Below, one piece after another: positions 1 to 8,101 of a stretch of DNA of 29,595 nucleotides. Both the position numbers and the translations under genes were made by a program. How positions within the stretch are numbered: position 1 is the stretch's first letter; the number at the start of each line of letters is the position of its first letter. Source of the DNA: Mollicutes bacterium (GTDB taxonomy: Bacteria; Bacillota_I; Bacilli_A; Izemoplasmatales; Izemoplasmataceae). The notes below the pieces were generated by a model. The model did not search any database and was not told the DNA's origin. It worked only from the letters and a program-made list of their open reading frames with translations. The stretch spans positions 1-29,595 of the forward strand of contig PWKX01000038.1 of the NCBI GenBank assembly GCA_003559585.1. Reading direction: 5' to 3'.

Positions 1-2034
1 GCCGGTTCACAATCAGAAGTCACCTTTTTCAATTGCTTTGTCATGCCCTTTATTCACGATTCAAGAGGCGGCATCTCAGATCACCGTAAACAAGTCATGG
101 AAATCATGTCACGTGGTGGTGGGGTTGGAACAAACGGGTCAACCTTAAGACCTAAAAACGCGTTAGCCAAAGGTGTCAACGGTAAATCGAGTGGTTCAGT
201 GAGTTGGTTAAACGATTTATCGCAACTCACACATTTGGTTGAACAAGGTGGCTCAAGGCGCGGTGCACAAATGATTATGCTCGCTGATTGGCATCCTGAC
301 ATCATCGATTTCATCATTTCTAAAATGCAAAATCCGAAAATCCTTCAATTTTTACTTGATACCATCGATGAGCCATATATCAAAAAAGCGGCCAAAAACA
401 AACTAAAATTTATTCCTCTTAGTGAAGAGGAAACAGAAATTAACGAATACATCTTAGAAACCGCAAAAAAACAACCTGATAACTTTTCTAAAAAAATCGT
501 CGATACCGCATTTGAACGTTTAAACAAGGGCGGTCACTATGAAGTCAATGACCCTGAGTTTTTAAGTGGTGCCAACATTTCAGTAGCCATTACCAATGAT
601 TTCATGAAAGCCGTTGAAAATGACGAAGAATGGCCCTTAAGATTCCCAGACATCGATGTTTACGATGATGAAACCAAAGCCATATACGACAAAGAATGGG
701 TTAACGTTGGCGATGTTCGGGAATGGGAAAGCATGGGTTACGGCATTAAAGTTCATAAAAAAGTCAAAGCCAAAGATTTATGGAACTTAATCAACATCTG
801 TGCGACTTATTCAGCTGAACCAGGCATATTCTTTATCGATAACGCCAATCAAGCCACCAATGCCGTTGGTTATGATCAAAAAGTTGTATGTACCAACCCT
901 TGTGGTGAACAACCACTCGCCCCTTATTCGGTCTGTAACCTCGCGGCTTTAAACTTAGCCAATATGGTCGACCATGAGAAAAAAGATGTAGACTGGGACA
1001 AATTAGCCCAAACAATCAAAGTTGGCGTTCGTCTTCAAGACAACGTGATTGATAAAACCCATTACTTCCTAGATGAAAACGAAAAACAAGCATTAGGCGA
1101 AAGACGAATTGGTATGGGTGTGATGGGACTTCATGACTTGCTTATTTGGTGTAACCGTCGCTATGGTGCAAAAGACGGTTTACAATTTATTGATAAACTA
1201 TTTAAATTCATTGCCACTAAAGCGTATGAAACCAGCATTGAACTAGCCAAGGAAAAAGGGTCTTTTCCTTTCCTTGAAACACAAGAAAATCGTGAAAAAA
1301 TGTTGGAAAGCGGCTATATCCAAAGTATGCCAACTGATATCCAAGAAGGCATCAAAAAATATGGTATTAGAAACTCTCACTTACTCACAATCGCCCCCAC
1401 CGGTTCAACAGGTACGATGGTTGGTGTTTCCACTGGTTTAGAACCTTACTTCGCATTTTCATACTTTAGAAGCGGTAGATTGGGTCGTTTCATTGAAGTC
1501 AACGCCCCCATCGTTGATCAATACTTAACTGAATATAAGGGTTACACCAAAGATACCTTGCCAGAAACGTTCGTCAGTGCCATGGAACTTAGCCCTGAAG
1601 AACATGTCGATGTTCAATGTGCCATCCAACGCTGGGTAGACAGCTCAATTTCTAAAACCGTAAACGCCCCTAAGGGTTACACCGTTGAAGAAGTTGAACA
1701 AGTGTATAGACGTCTATACTACGGTGGTGCCAAAGGCGGGACTGTATACGTTGATGGGTCAAGAGATGCACAAGTCTTATCCTTAAGTAAAGACGAAGAT
1801 AAATCTCAACCAAAACAAACTGATATTAAAGATTTCGGACTTGATGTTGAAGAGGAAAAAACAAGCAACAAAAAAGAAACCAAAACCAAAGGTTTAAGAA
1901 GTGATAGACAAGATAGAAACATCGGCGTTGAAGCTGGTGATATTTGTCCAATTTGCTTAGAAGGTACCGTTGAAAATTTAGGCGGATGTCACACCTGTAC
2001 AAACTGTAACGCACAATTGAAATGCGGATTATAA
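1..2034 (+). CDS. nrdJ: Class II (adenosylcobalamin-dependent) ribonucleotide reductase, 5'-truncated by the window edge
   Basis: Frame 1 is open from base 1 (AGSQSEVTFFNCFVMP), so the ORF-track start at 43 is internal and the first active-site Cys (TGC, 34-36) lies upstream of it. RNR motifs: GGGVGTN, RRGAQM, TNPCGEQ (Asn/Cys/Glu finger loop), SVCNL, TIAPTGS, SISKTVN, KGGTVY. There is no C-terminal class Ia Tyr-Tyr pair, and the protein ends in a Cys-rich CPIC...CHTCTNC...CGL tail. Confidence 0.92.
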   Translation, partial: AGSQSEVTFFNCFVMPFIHDSRGGISDHRKQVMEIMSRGGGVGTNGSTLRPKNALAKGVNGKSSGSVSWLNDLSQLTHLVEQGGSRRGAQMIMLADWHPDIIDFIISKMQNPKILQFLLDTIDEPYIKKAAKNKLKFIPLSEEETEINEYILETAKKQPDNFSKKIVDTAFERLNKGGHYEVNDPEFLSGANISVAITNDFMKAVENDEEWPLRFPDIDVYDDETKAIYDKEWVNVGDVREWESMGYGIKVHKKVKAKDLWNLINICATYSAEPGIFFIDNANQATNAVGYDQKVVCTNPCGEQPLAPYSVCNLAALNLANMVDHEKKDVDWDKLAQTIKVGVRLQDNVIDKTHYFLDENEKQALGERRIGMGVMGLHDLLIWCNRRYGAKDGLQFIDKLFKFIATKAYETSIELAKEKGSFPFLETQENREKMLESGYIQSMPTDIQEGIKKYGIRNSHLLTIAPTGSTGTMVGVSTGLEPYFAFSYFRSGRLGRFIEVNAPIVDQYLTEYKGYTKDTLPETFVSAMELSPEEHVDVQCAIQRWVDSSISKTVNAPKGYTVEEVEQVYRRLYYGGAKGGTVYVDGSRDAQVLSLSKDEDKSQPKQTDIKDFGLDVEEEKTSNKKETKTKGLRSDRQDRNIGVEAGDICPICLEGTVENLGGCHTCTNCNAQLKCGL

Positions 2035-2035
2035 G

Positions 2036-2059
2036 CAGGGGTTTTTACCCCTGTTTTTT
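2036..2059 (+). terminator. Rho-independent terminator of nrdJ
   Basis: CAGGGGT-tttt-ACCCCTG 7-bp stem immediately after the stop, followed by TTTTTT. Confidence 0.85.
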
Positions 2060-2080
2060 CTTTATATCACGCCCCATTCG

Positions 2081-2089
2081 TGATACCAT
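2081..2089 (+). promoter_or_regulatory. Candidate extended -10 promoter for hflX
   Basis: TG-A-TACCAT about 20 nt upstream of the ATG, with a GAAAGAGGTG Shine-Dalgarno; no convincing -35. Confidence 0.4.
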
Positions 2090-2110
2090 ATAAGTGAAAG
2101 AGGTGATGAT

Positions 2111-3352
2111 ATGCTGAAAGCCATCGCAGTCGGAGTGGACCGGTATAAAGAAGGCATGCTTGGTTATTATTTAGATGAGATTAGAAATCTAGCCAAAGGC
2201 CTAAACATCGAAATCACTCAAACATTTGAACAAGACTATCGTTTAAGCACACCGTCTCTTAAAATTGGAAAAGGCAAGGCCGAAGAGATCAAAGCTTTTA
2301 AAGACGAAAACCCTGTAGATTACATCATTTTTAATGATGAATTAACCAATTCGCAAATCAGAAACTTAGAAGCCATTTTTGCGTGTCCTGTCATCGATAG
2401 AACACTACTTATTTTAGATATTTTCGCTAAAAGAGCCAAGACAAAAGAAGCCATGTTACAAGTTGAAATTGCACAACTAAACTACTTAAAACCACGATTG
2501 AGTGCCCTAAGAGATTCCTTTGAACAACAACAAGGTGGCATCGGTCAAAAAGGACCCGGTGAGAAGAAACTAGAACTAGACAGACGAAAAATTGATCGCG
2601 AGTTAAAACAGTTAAACAAACAACTAAAGGCGATTGTACGTGTTAGAAAAACAGGTAGAAAAGCCCGTAACCGTGGTGGCATTAAAAATGTGGCGATTGT
2701 TGGTTATACCAACTCTGGTAAAAGCACCCTTTTAAACACATTATCTGATCTATCTAAGTCACAAAAAGACTATCAAAACACCGTTAAAGACCAGTTATTT
2801 GCAACCCTAGAAACAAGCACTAGACGCATTGAAATCAAAGATAATAAGCCTTTCACACTAACCGATACCATCGGTTTTATCTCTTCACTTCCTCATGAGC
2901 TAATCGATTCTTTTAAAGCAACTTTAGAAGAAATCAAAGAAGCAGACTTACTGCTTCACGTGATTGACTTCTCACACCCCTACTACTTAGATCAAATCGC
3001 AACGACCAACCAAGTGTTGGAAGACATTGGGGTTGACGATGTTGACATGCTTTATGTTTTTAACAAAATCGATTTAACAAGTGAAATATTGCCTTCTAGT
3101 TATACCCCTGCTGTGAAAATATCACTGAAAGAGCACCTGAACATCGATCAACTGTTAAACAATATTACCCATCATCTATTTAAACACGATGTGGTGACAC
3201 ATTACCTAATACCACAAGAAAAAGGTGACATCATTCACATCTTAAATCAACATGCCGATATCATAGAAACATCCTATGTAGATAATAACGTCAAAATTAA
3301 AGCCAGGGTTGATTTAAAGCTCAAAAACAAACTGAAAGCCTATGAAATATAA
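2111..3352 (+). CDS. hflX: GTPase HflX (ribosome splitting factor)
   Basis: IGKGK, IDRTLLILDIFAKRAKTKEA, QVEIAQL, GIGQKGPGEKKLELDRR; G1 GYTNSGKS, G2 LFATL, G3 DTIGF, G4 NKID; strong RBS. Confidence 0.96.
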   Translation: MLKAIAVGVDRYKEGMLGYYLDEIRNLAKGLNIEITQTFEQDYRLSTPSLKIGKGKAEEIKAFKDENPVDYIIFNDELTNSQIRNLEAIFACPVIDRTLLILDIFAKRAKTKEAMLQVEIAQLNYLKPRLSALRDSFEQQQGGIGQKGPGEKKLELDRRKIDRELKQLNKQLKAIVRVRKTGRKARNRGGIKNVAIVGYTNSGKSTLLNTLSDLSKSQKDYQNTVKDQLFATLETSTRRIEIKDNKPFTLTDTIGFISSLPHELIDSFKATLEEIKEADLLLHVIDFSHPYYLDQIATTNQVLEDIGVDDVDMLYVFNKIDLTSEILPSSYTPAVKISLKEHLNIDQLLNNITHHLFKHDVVTHYLIPQEKGDIIHILNQHADIIETSYVDNNVKIKARVDLKLKNKLKAYEI

Positions 3353-3354
3353 AA

Positions 3355-3393
3355 AAAGACCTCCATACTAACACATTAAGTGTGGAGGTCTTT
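3355..3393. terminator. Bidirectional terminator between convergent hflX and aldo-keto reductase
   Basis: AAAGACCTCCA...TGGAGGTCTTT 11-bp inverted repeat (extendable), with an A-tract on the left and TTT on the right. Confidence 0.85.
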
Positions 3394-3396
3394 CAT

Positions 3397-4218
3397 TTAT
3401 CTTGGATCCTCATCAACGGCATCCAACAATGCCATATCTTGAGGTTCGATTGTGAAATCAAGCGTTAAGTTTTCTATCATTCTTTGTTTATGCGCTGACT
3501 TTGGTAAGGGTAAGGTCCCTTTTTGCAGTAAGTAACGCAAACATATCTGTGCTGGTGTTTGCTTATATTGCTTGGCAACCTGGTTTATCGTGGGGTTATC
3601 TAGTAAATGTCCGACGCCTAAGGGTGAATAGGCTTCAATTAAAATGCCTTTTTGATGACAAAACTCAATCACTTCCTGCGGTTTTAGACCAATGAAGTAA
3701 GCAATTTGATTAACTTGTGGGATGATTGTTGTATTATCTAAAATGTTTTGTGTATCTTCAACATCAAAATTAGAAATACCAATGGCTTTTACTTTGCCTT
3801 CGTTATACAACGTTTCCATGGCTTTATAACTTTCAATATTGCCTTCTTTATAACGATTCGTTCGATCTGTACCTGACCAGGGAGCATGAATTAAAAACAA
3901 ATCAATGTAGTCAACTTGTAGTTTCTTTAAACTCTCATGAAACGCATCGATGGTTCCTTGATAATCCTTAACCTTCGTGGCTAATTTTGTGGTGATAAAA
4001 ATCTCTTCTCTAGGGATTGATGAATCCTTTACAGCTTGGCCAACACTCTCTTCATTCCAATATGTTTGAGCGGTGTCGATGTGTCGATAACCGACTTTTA
4101 AAGCGTTAAGAACACTATCATAAGTTTCTTTACCTGCTTGTAGTTGCCATGTTCCGAAGCCGACTTTAGGAATGTTGAGTCCGTTGTTTAATGTGTAATA
4201 ATTTTGTGTGATCGCCAT
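3397..4218 (-). CDS. Aldo/keto reductase (2,5-diketo-D-gluconate reductase/AKR5-like)
   Basis: LNNG..IPKVGFGTWQ, GYRHIDTA, Y..NE, FITTKL, DLFLIH, IGISNF, AYSPLG, LPKS; the Asp/Tyr/Lys/His tetrad is present. Start reassigned to the ATG at 4218, which lies 6 nt after GAGGTG; the track's GTG at 4227 falls inside the RBS. Confidence 0.93.
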   Translation of the reverse strand: MAITQNYYTLNNGLNIPKVGFGTWQLQAGKETYDSVLNALKVGYRHIDTAQTYWNEESVGQAVKDSSIPREEIFITTKLATKVKDYQGTIDAFHESLKKLQVDYIDLFLIHAPWSGTDRTNRYKEGNIESYKAMETLYNEGKVKAIGISNFDVEDTQNILDNTTIIPQVNQIAYFIGLKPQEVIEFCHQKGILIEAYSPLGVGHLLDNPTINQVAKQYKQTPAQICLRYLLQKGTLPLPKSAHKQRMIENLTLDFTIEPQDMALLDAVDEDPR

Positions 4219-4253
4219 ACATGTCACCTCATTTTTTGAATTAATGTACTTTC

Positions 4254-4262
4254 ATTATACCA
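4254..4262 (-). promoter_or_regulatory. Extended -10 promoter for the aldo-keto reductase
   Basis: Minus strand TATG-G-TATAAT (TRTG motif plus perfect -10), just downstream of the prs terminator. Confidence 0.6.
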
Positions 4263-4263
4263 T

Positions 4264-4310
4264 AAGAAAATCCCCTTAACGTGTCTGTTTCAAAACATCG
4301 TTAAGGGGAT
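4264..4310 (-). terminator. Terminator of prs
   Basis: 12-bp stem ATCCCCTTAACG (4270-4281) / CGTTAAGGGGAT (4299-4310), with a T-rich tail on the minus strand. Confidence 0.8.
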
Positions 4311-4326
4311 GGTTTACATTATATGG

Positions 4327-5301
4327 TTATGATGATTTGGTTTCTTTAGTTTCAAACAAACGACTTAGCGGTTTATCCATGATGATGTTTAATATCCCTT
4401 GTCCGAGTAATGGTGCCACACTTAATTGTAAAATTTTTGGTGATTGTTTGTCTTCTGTTAGTTCAATCGTGTTTGTACAAACAAGTTCTTCAATCGCACT
4501 AGCGTTGATGCGCTCTATCGCTGGGTGTGAAAAAACTGGATGTGTACACGCGGCATAAACTTTTTTCGCACCAGCAGCTTTTAATGCATGCGATGCCGAT
4601 GTGATGGTCCCAGCTGTGTCAATTAAATCATCAATGATGATGGCGTGTTTACCAGCAACATCACCGACAATGCCCATCATTTCAACTTCATTGTCTTTTG
4701 GACGACTTTTATCAATGATTGCAATGGGTGCATTTAAGGCATTCCCCATTTTTCTAGCTCTCACGGCCCCACCATGGTCTGGTGAAACAATAACAACGTC
4801 TTCACCTTCACACTTTTTGGAAAAGTAATCAACCAAAATAGGCATCGCAACGAAATTATCGATTGGGATATCAAAGAACCCTTGAATTTGACCAGCGTGT
4901 AAGTCCATCGAAATCACACGAGATGCACCCGCTGTTTCCAATAGATTTGCGACGAGCTTTGCAGAAATGGGTTGACGTGATGCGCTTTTACGATCTTGAC
5001 GTGAATACCCATAATAAGGCATCAGTACGTTGACACTTTTTGCAGATGCACGCTTAACCGCATCTATCATAATCAGTAGTTCCATGATATTCTCATTCAC
5101 CGGAGGGTGTGTTGGTTGAATGATGAATACGTGATGTCCTCTAACTGTTTCTTCAATGTTGACACCAATCTCTCCATCTGCGAAACGTTTAACCTCACAG
5201 TTAGACAGTGGCAATTTTGCATACTCTGAAATTTCTTTAGCCAATTTTCGGTTGGCGCTTAAACTAAACAACTTGACTTTATGACCATCTAATGTCGCCA
5301 T
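4327..5301 (-). CDS. prs: Ribose-phosphate pyrophosphokinase
   Basis: [57 protein letters not shown]. Likely start is the ATG at 5301, downstream of GGAGGT. Confidence 0.97.
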   Translation of the reverse strand: MATLDGHKVKLFSLSANRKLAKEISEYAKLPLSNCEVKRFADGEIGVNIEETVRGHHVFIIQPTHPPVNENIMELLIMIDAVKRASAKSVNVLMPYYGYSRQDRKSASRQPISAKLVANLLETAGASRVISMDLHAGQIQGFFDIPIDNFVAMPILVDYFSKKCEGEDVVIVSPDHGGAVRARKMGNALNAPIAIIDKSRPKDNEVEMMGIVGDVAGKHAIIIDDLIDTAGTITSASHALKAAGAKKVYAACTHPVFSHPAIERINASAIEELVCTNTIELTEDKQSPKILQLSVAPLLGQGILNIIMDKPLSRLFETKETKSS

Positions 5302-5358
5302 TATACTCTTCAAAACCTCCATCATATATTTACAATTTCATTATAACTTAAAGCAGAC

Positions 5359-5392
5359 AAAAATAAAATGCAACTTTTGAAAGTTGCACTTT
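5359..5392 (-). terminator. Terminator of spoVG
   Basis: TGCAACTT-ttga-AAGTTGCA hairpin (5369-5388), followed on the minus strand by TTTTATTTTT. Confidence 0.8.
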
Positions 5393-5412
5393 AAATGTTA
5401 AACGGATAAAGC

Positions 5413-5724
5413 TTATTCCGCTTCAGCATCAGCTGAGTCAGAACTAGCTTCTTTTGCTTCTTCATTCATATCTTCAAGGTTGTTAAAGGCTTCGATCACG
5501 ACGCCTTCGATACGGTTTCTGGTTTCTTGATTGATTGGATGTGCGACATCTTTAAACTCACCATTAGGCATTTTGCGTGAAGGCATCGCCACAAACAAAC
5601 CATCCTTACCATCAATAATTCTTAACTCATGAACCACGAAACAATCATCAATAGTAATCGCCGCAATGGCTTTAAGGCGGTTATCACTATTAAGTTTTTT
5701 GACTCGAACATCTGTAATTTCCAT
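5413..5724 (-). CDS. spoVG: SpoVG family nucleic-acid-binding regulator
   Basis: MEITDVRV...KAIAAITIDDCFVVHELRIIDGKDGLFVAMPSRK..NGEFKDVAHPINQETR is the SpoVG signature. Start placed at MEIT after the GGGGTG RBS. Confidence 0.95.
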   Translation of the reverse strand: MEITDVRVKKLNSDNRLKAIAAITIDDCFVVHELRIIDGKDGLFVAMPSRKMPNGEFKDVAHPINQETRNRIEGVVIEAFNNLEDMNEEAKEASSDSADAEAE

Positions 5725-5768
5725 CATTCCACCCCGCATTATTTGAGTAATCCTATTTTATAGTGTGA

Positions 5769-5797
5769 ATTATAACACATGAATAAAGCGTTTTCAA
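5769..5797 (-). promoter_or_regulatory. SigmaA promoter of spoVG
   Basis: TTGAAA-17 nt-TATAAT with a TG extension. Confidence 0.8.
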
Positions 5798-5826
5798 ATA
5801 TTTTTAAACAAATGTGCTCGGCTTGA

Positions 5827-6666
5827 CTACGTTATTTTCGTTAGATTCACTTGATAATCTGATCTATATTTGTTGTTGAGTCGATCTAAATCTTGTTTGT
5901 TTTCAGATAAAACAAAAACCGTTGGACCTGTCCCACTCATTAACACAGAAGAGACCCCTTCTTTAAGCACATCGTCTTTTAATTGCTTAATTTCAGGAAA
6001 TTTCTTAAAGCTAATCGGTTCTAATGCATTAAACAATGACTGCATTAACAATGGCTTATTACAATTATAAATCGCATTAGAAATGTTTGTGATTTTTTGA
6101 TGTTCAAGATCAGCCACATTAACAAGATTGAAAATAGCCTTTGTGCTAACATGAACCTTTGGTGTGATGAGCAAAATAGGCATGTTTAATTTCTTGTTTA
6201 AGAAAACAAGTGATTCGCCTTTCCCTCTTGCAATACAAAGTTTATTGTGGACGCAAAACGGAATATCAGCGCCAAAGCGCTCTCCAATTTCAGCCAGCAA
6301 ATCCAAGTTAAGTTTTAACTTAAATAGTTTATTTAAGCCTCTTAATGTCGCCGCGGCATCTGCGCTTCCACCAGCCAACCCGGCTGCAATTGGAATATTT
6401 TTCTCTAATTCAATGCGTACACCTTTGTTGATGTTATAAGTCTCCAGTATAAAAGCCGCAATTTTATAAATTAAATTATCCTCAGGTTCATCGGTAACAT
6501 GTATGTTTGTTATGACTTCAATGCGGCGCTCCTCAAGCATAGTAAACGTTAAGACATCATGCAATGCAAGCGGGGCCATGATCGTTTCAAGATTATGGTA
6601 ATTGTCTAATCTTTTCCCCACAACATCCAAAAATAGATTCACCTTTGCAAATGCTTTTTCTTTCAT
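5827..6666 (-). CDS. ispE: 4-diphosphocytidyl-2-C-methyl-D-erythritol kinase
   Basis: AKVNLFL (catalytic Lys), KNIPIAAGLAGGSADAAA GHMP loop, GADIPF (catalytic Asp), MSGTGPT. Start reassigned to MKEKAF after AGAGGTG. Confidence 0.93.
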   Translation of the reverse strand: MKEKAFAKVNLFLDVVGKRLDNYHNLETIMAPLALHDVLTFTMLEERRIEVITNIHVTDEPEDNLIYKIAAFILETYNINKGVRIELEKNIPIAAGLAGGSADAAATLRGLNKLFKLKLNLDLLAEIGERFGADIPFCVHNKLCIARGKGESLVFLNKKLNMPILLITPKVHVSTKAIFNLVNVADLEHQKITNISNAIYNCNKPLLMQSLFNALEPISFKKFPEIKQLKDDVLKEGVSSVLMSGTGPTVFVLSENKQDLDRLNNKYRSDYQVNLTKIT

Positions 6667-6702
6667 ACAAAACACCTCTTTTCTTTAAGTTCCAAATGGA
6701 AC

Positions 6703-7560
6703 TTAAAAGAAATCTTGTCTTATTCTCTCACTGATATTCATCAGTGTTTGAACACCTAAGGCCTCAGCTCTAATGGTCGCCTGGATGTCTAGCGATGACA
6801 ACATATGCTTTAATACCTCTTTTTCAATGAAATAAGCTTGATGAAGGTTGTTGATCAATGTTTTGCGTTTTTGTCGGAACGCCTCTTTGATAAAATCAAA
6901 GAAAAATGGTTCATCAATTCGAGGTCTATCCCGCTTAATCTCTAACCTAATCACCGCACTATCGACATTCGGTGGTGGCATAAAAACTGTACGATTGACT
7001 TTAAACTCAAAGGTACTAAGTGTTTTATAATGCATCAACACACTTAAAGCATTATAATCTTTAGTGCCCTTTGAAGCCGTAAGCCGTTTTGCCACTTCAA
7101 ACTGTGTCATGAGTGTCAACACATCAATTTTGTCGGACTCTTCTAAACATTTAAACAAAATAGGCGTGGTGATATAGTAAGGTAAATTAGCCACCACCAC
7201 CACACGGTCTTCTCGGTCGAAATACGTATTAATATCATCATCAAGCTGTCTTTTTAAAACATCATCATGGATAAGCGTAATATTAGATTCACCCTTAAAC
7301 AAGGTTTTTAATGGTTTAATTAGGTCGTCGTCAATTTCATAGGCTAACACGTGTTTAGCTTGTTTAGCCAGTCGCATGGTCATGCTGCCAAGTCCAGGAC
7401 CAATTTCGATCACTGAGGTTTGTTTGTCTATCATAGCACTATCAACAATTTTATTAATGACGTTGTCATCAATTAGAAAATTCTGTCCGAATTTCTTTTT
7501 TATGTGTAGTTTATGATCCTTCAACATCATTTTTGTGTGTTGATGGCTTGATTCACCCAT
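6703..7560 (-). CDS. rsmA: 16S rRNA m6,2A1518/1519 dimethyltransferase
   Basis: KKFGQNFL, VIEIGPGLG, ANLPYYITTP, FMPPPNVDSAV, FRQKRKTL. Confidence 0.97.
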   Translation of the reverse strand: MGESSHQHTKMMLKDHKLHIKKKFGQNFLIDDNVINKIVDSAMIDKQTSVIEIGPGLGSMTMRLAKQAKHVLAYEIDDDLIKPLKTLFKGESNITLIHDDVLKRQLDDDINTYFDREDRVVVVANLPYYITTPILFKCLEESDKIDVLTLMTQFEVAKRLTASKGTKDYNALSVLMHYKTLSTFEFKVNRTVFMPPPNVDSAVIRLEIKRDRPRIDEPFFFDFIKEAFRQKRKTLINNLHQAYFIEKEVLKHMLSSLDIQATIRAEALGVQTLMNISERIRQDFF

Positions 7561-8096
7561 GTCATCACCTCGTCCATTGTGTCTTTTTCAATGCCAAACA
7601 TATTAATTTTATGTAAAAAAGCCTTGGCATTACTCTCACCTATCTCAAGATATTCAGCCGCCAAAAGTCTTCTTCTATGCGCAAATTTAGAACCCATTAA
7701 ACCATATCGAATCAAATCTTTGGTCTTAAAATTAGAGGTCATGGTCGCGGTTCGCACTGATGATGATAAGGCATTTTTTATGATCGCTTTATCAACATGT
7801 TCAATGCCTATTTTATTTTTTACTTTATCGTGTGATAAGTGTTTCTTGATAAAAACATGCTTACAAGAACCGACTTCATCGACAAGGGACCGTCTAATCC
7901 GTTCACCAGCACCATCAGGATCAAGCATTAAAATGAGCCCTCTGGTCTTATTTAAACGTTTCAACATCACAATGGTTTCACGTGGAACTTCATACCCGTT
8001 TGTGATGACCACATCCACCTCAGGGAACACCTCAAGGATACGGGCTTTATCGTGATTGCCTTCAACCACAATCACTTCTTTAATCGTGTGTGTCAT
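7527..8096 (-). CDS. rnmV: Ribonuclease M5 (5S rRNA maturase, Toprim domain)
   Basis: IKEVIVVEG..D, LDPDGAGERIR, IGIEH, RRRL...LEIGESNAKAFL; canonical position directly upstream of rsmA with a 34-nt overlap. Confidence 0.92.
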   Translation of the reverse strand: MTHTIKEVIVVEGNHDKARILEVFPEVDVVITNGYEVPRETIVMLKRLNKTRGLILMLDPDGAGERIRRSLVDEVGSCKHVFIKKHLSHDKVKNKIGIEHVDKAIIKNALSSSVRTATMTSNFKTKDLIRYGLMGSKFAHRRRLLAAEYLEIGESNAKAFLHKINMFGIEKDTMDEVMTWVNQAINTQK

Positions 8097-8101
8097 TTAT
8101 C

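Noticed and set aside
310-560. Insertion in NrdJ between HPDIIDFIISK and LSGANISV, considered as a possible intein
   Set aside because: There are no intein termini (Cys/Ser start, His-Asn end) and no LAGLIDADG motif; as I recall, a similar helical insert is normal in Bacillus-type NrdJ.
2035-2110. Possible HflXr-type antibiotic-sensing leader peptide
   Set aside because: The gap is only 76 nt, holds a terminator and the promoter, and leaves no room for a leader ORF or attenuator.
3870-3900. AKR motif LIHAP instead of LIHWP
   Set aside because: The catalytic tetrad is intact, and this variant is, to my knowledge, common in Bacillota AKRs.
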